Below are positions 30,852 to 32,000 of a DNA stretch of 32,000 bases, piece after piece (position 1 is the stretch's first letter; each line of letters begins with the position of its first letter). The notes below the pieces were generated by a model. It worked only from the letters and a program-made list of their open reading frames with translations. It ran no database searches and was not told where the DNA came from. A program made the translations under genes and the position numbers. The stretch is from Candidatus Methanoperedens sp. (GTDB lineage Archaea; Halobacteriota; Methanosarcinia; Methanosarcinales; Methanoperedenaceae), in assembly GCA_027460535.1 (NCBI GenBank), contig JAPZAR010000027.1, forward strand, positions 240,001 to 272,000, in the 5' to 3' direction.

Positions 30852-30886
30852 AAAGGATTGAAATATTATTGGGTAACCGGTAGAAA

Positions 30887-31891
30887 ATGGCAAAACGTAA
30901 CAATATCCTCATAAGGAATATACCTCTTTTTGGCTGCATCGCGTTCGGTATCATCGACCGAGGTACGAATGTGCTCCAGGTCCGCCCAATAAGTGAGTGC
31001 CCTCTGTCATGCATTTTCTGTTCCACGGACGCCGGGCCACGCTCGGGACGGAGGATATCTGAGTATATGGTAGACCTCGAGCAATTGGTTTCCGCATTCG
31101 AATGGGCTGCAGCATACAAGGAAACAGATGAAATAGAAGCTCATATCGACACGGTTGGGGAACCTGTTATGTACCCTAAACTTTCGGAACTTGTGGAGAG
31201 GTTATCGGGGAATAAGCACGTGAGCACCGTTTCCATGCAGACCAATGGGACTCTGCTGAACAGAAAACTCATAGATGAACTGGATGCAGCAGGGCTTTCA
31301 CGCATCAATATATCCATCGAATCGCTTGACCCTGACCTCGCGAAAAGGATAGCGGGTACTGAAAGTTACAGCATAGAAAGGATCATCGAAAGCGCTGAAT
31401 ATATTGCCGGGAGCACGGACATCGACCTTCTCATTGCGCCCGTTTGGCTGCCAGGTATTAACGATGCCGAGATTCCCGGATTGATCGAGTTCGCTCTCAG
31501 GATAGGCGCAGGAAAAAAATGGCCTGCTCTCGGGATCCAGAAATTCCTGCCCCACAAGTATGGAAGGAAACCAGATATCACGGGAATGGGCTGGGAATTC
31601 TTCTATTCGCAGCTCAAAAAATGGGAGAGGATATATGAAACAAAGCTTATCCTGAAACCAGAGGATTTCGGGAGTTTTGAATGCAAGCCCCTGCCTCGTG
31701 TATTCAAGAGATATGAAAAAGTGAAAGTCAATGTGGTCGGCCCGGGCTGGATGAAGGGAGAGAAACTTGCAGTGGCGCATGACAGGGTTATCACGATCGT
31801 GAACGCTGAAAGAATCCCGGTCGGGGCCGAGGTATTTGTGAGGATGGAAAGGGTGGTGGATGGGATATATATGGCAAGACCCTGTACATGA
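30887..31891 (+). CDS. Radical SAM protein (archaeal COG2100-like) with a C-terminal beta-barrel (TRAM-like) region
   Basis: 334 aa. CxxxCxxC motif ECPLSCIFCSTDAG, GEP motif TVGEPVMYP, and SMQTNGTLL. Function unknown. Confidence 0.8.
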   Translation: MAKRNNILIRNIPLFGCIAFGIIDRGTNVLQVRPISECPLSCIFCSTDAGPRSGRRISEYMVDLEQLVSAFEWAAAYKETDEIEAHIDTVGEPVMYPKLSELVERLSGNKHVSTVSMQTNGTLLNRKLIDELDAAGLSRINISIESLDPDLAKRIAGTESYSIERIIESAEYIAGSTDIDLLIAPVWLPGINDAEIPGLIEFALRIGAGKKWPALGIQKFLPHKYGRKPDITGMGWEFFYSQLKKWERIYETKLILKPEDFGSFECKPLPRVFKRYEKVKVNVVGPGWMKGEKLAVAHDRVITIVNAERIPVGAEVFVRMERVVDGIYMARPCT

Positions 31892-31903
31892 CTGAAATCT
31901 CTT

Positions 31904-32000
31904 ATGAAGCCATACTGCCCGAAGTGCGGTTACTCGAGCCGCGAAGCCTTCCGGCAGATGACACCTAAAGTTGGGGACTGCTGCATATTCTGTTCGTATG
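31904..32000 (+). CDS. 5' end of a zinc-ribbon-type ORF, truncated by the window end
   Basis: MKPYCPKCGYSSREAFRQMTPKVGDCCIFCSY: CPxC ... CxxC spacing. Only 32 codons are visible. Confidence 0.3.
   Translation, partial: MKPYCPKCGYSSREAFRQMTPKVGDCCIFCSY

Noticed and set aside
1-32000. tRNA, rRNA or other structured RNA genes in intergenic regions (559-739, 2983-3127, 11566-11678, 17114-17523, 27532-27733)
   Set aside because: By eye I found no cloverleaf-compatible acceptor/T-arm pairing and no rRNA-like conserved blocks. A covariance-model scan (tRNAscan-SE/Infernal) would be needed to exclude small ncRNAs, especially in 17150-17270.

Overview
Gene-dense, mostly + strand, chromosomal-looking DNA with about 29 protein genes. 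I found no rRNA, tRNA, CRISPR array, transposase or integrase. I infer an F420-using, menaquinone-making euryarchaeon (ANME-2d/Methanoperedens-like or Archaeoglobi-like). The grounds are an Fno/NpdG gene, UbiE/MenG, a NarG-like molybdoenzyme, an archaeal lipobox, A/T-rich TATA-like boxes about 25 nt upstream of several start codons, and a DUF2341/CARDB-type giant surface protein. Gene order: sdhB (5' partial), citrate synthase, TDT-family dicarboxylate transporter; SnoaL-like and YceI-like genes; a four-gene type II DMSO-reductase-family operon (NarG-like alpha, NarH-like beta, EbdC-like heme-b gamma, NarJ/TorD-like delta); hemB; a lipoprotein; cyclophilin (-); vapBC (-); sppA, a DUF4350-like gene and a PrsW-like protease; cupin (-), GNAT (-), purB (-); a 10-kb gene for a ~3335-aa surface protein; ubiE/menG; GT2 glycosyltransferase; fno; two unannotated tandem small ORFs; an endonuclease-III-like gene; a radical SAM gene; and a partial Zn-ribbon ORF. 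Four things merit a second look. (1) The giant protein combines an N-terminal M23 (LytM-type) metallopeptidase, a C-type lectin domain with EPN/WND sugar-binding motifs, DUF2341 plus a LamG-like module, and many CARDB-like modules. Its gene has a mosaic AT-rich composition and a G-run cluster in the leader. (2) The 225-bp 'spacer' between fno and the endonuclease-III-like gene is built from exact 30-bp and 40-bp direct repeats and perfect hairpins. It also reads as two paralogous small ORFs (27 and 50 aa) joined to both neighbours by ATGA start/stop overlaps. (3) The NarG/EbdA-like enzyme has no Tat or Sec signal and no membrane anchor, and lipid-binding-type genes lie upstream, so its location and substrate are open. 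(4) sppA, the DUF4350-like gene and the PrsW-like gene form a membrane proteolysis cluster. All family calls come from motif recognition by eye; no database search was possible.
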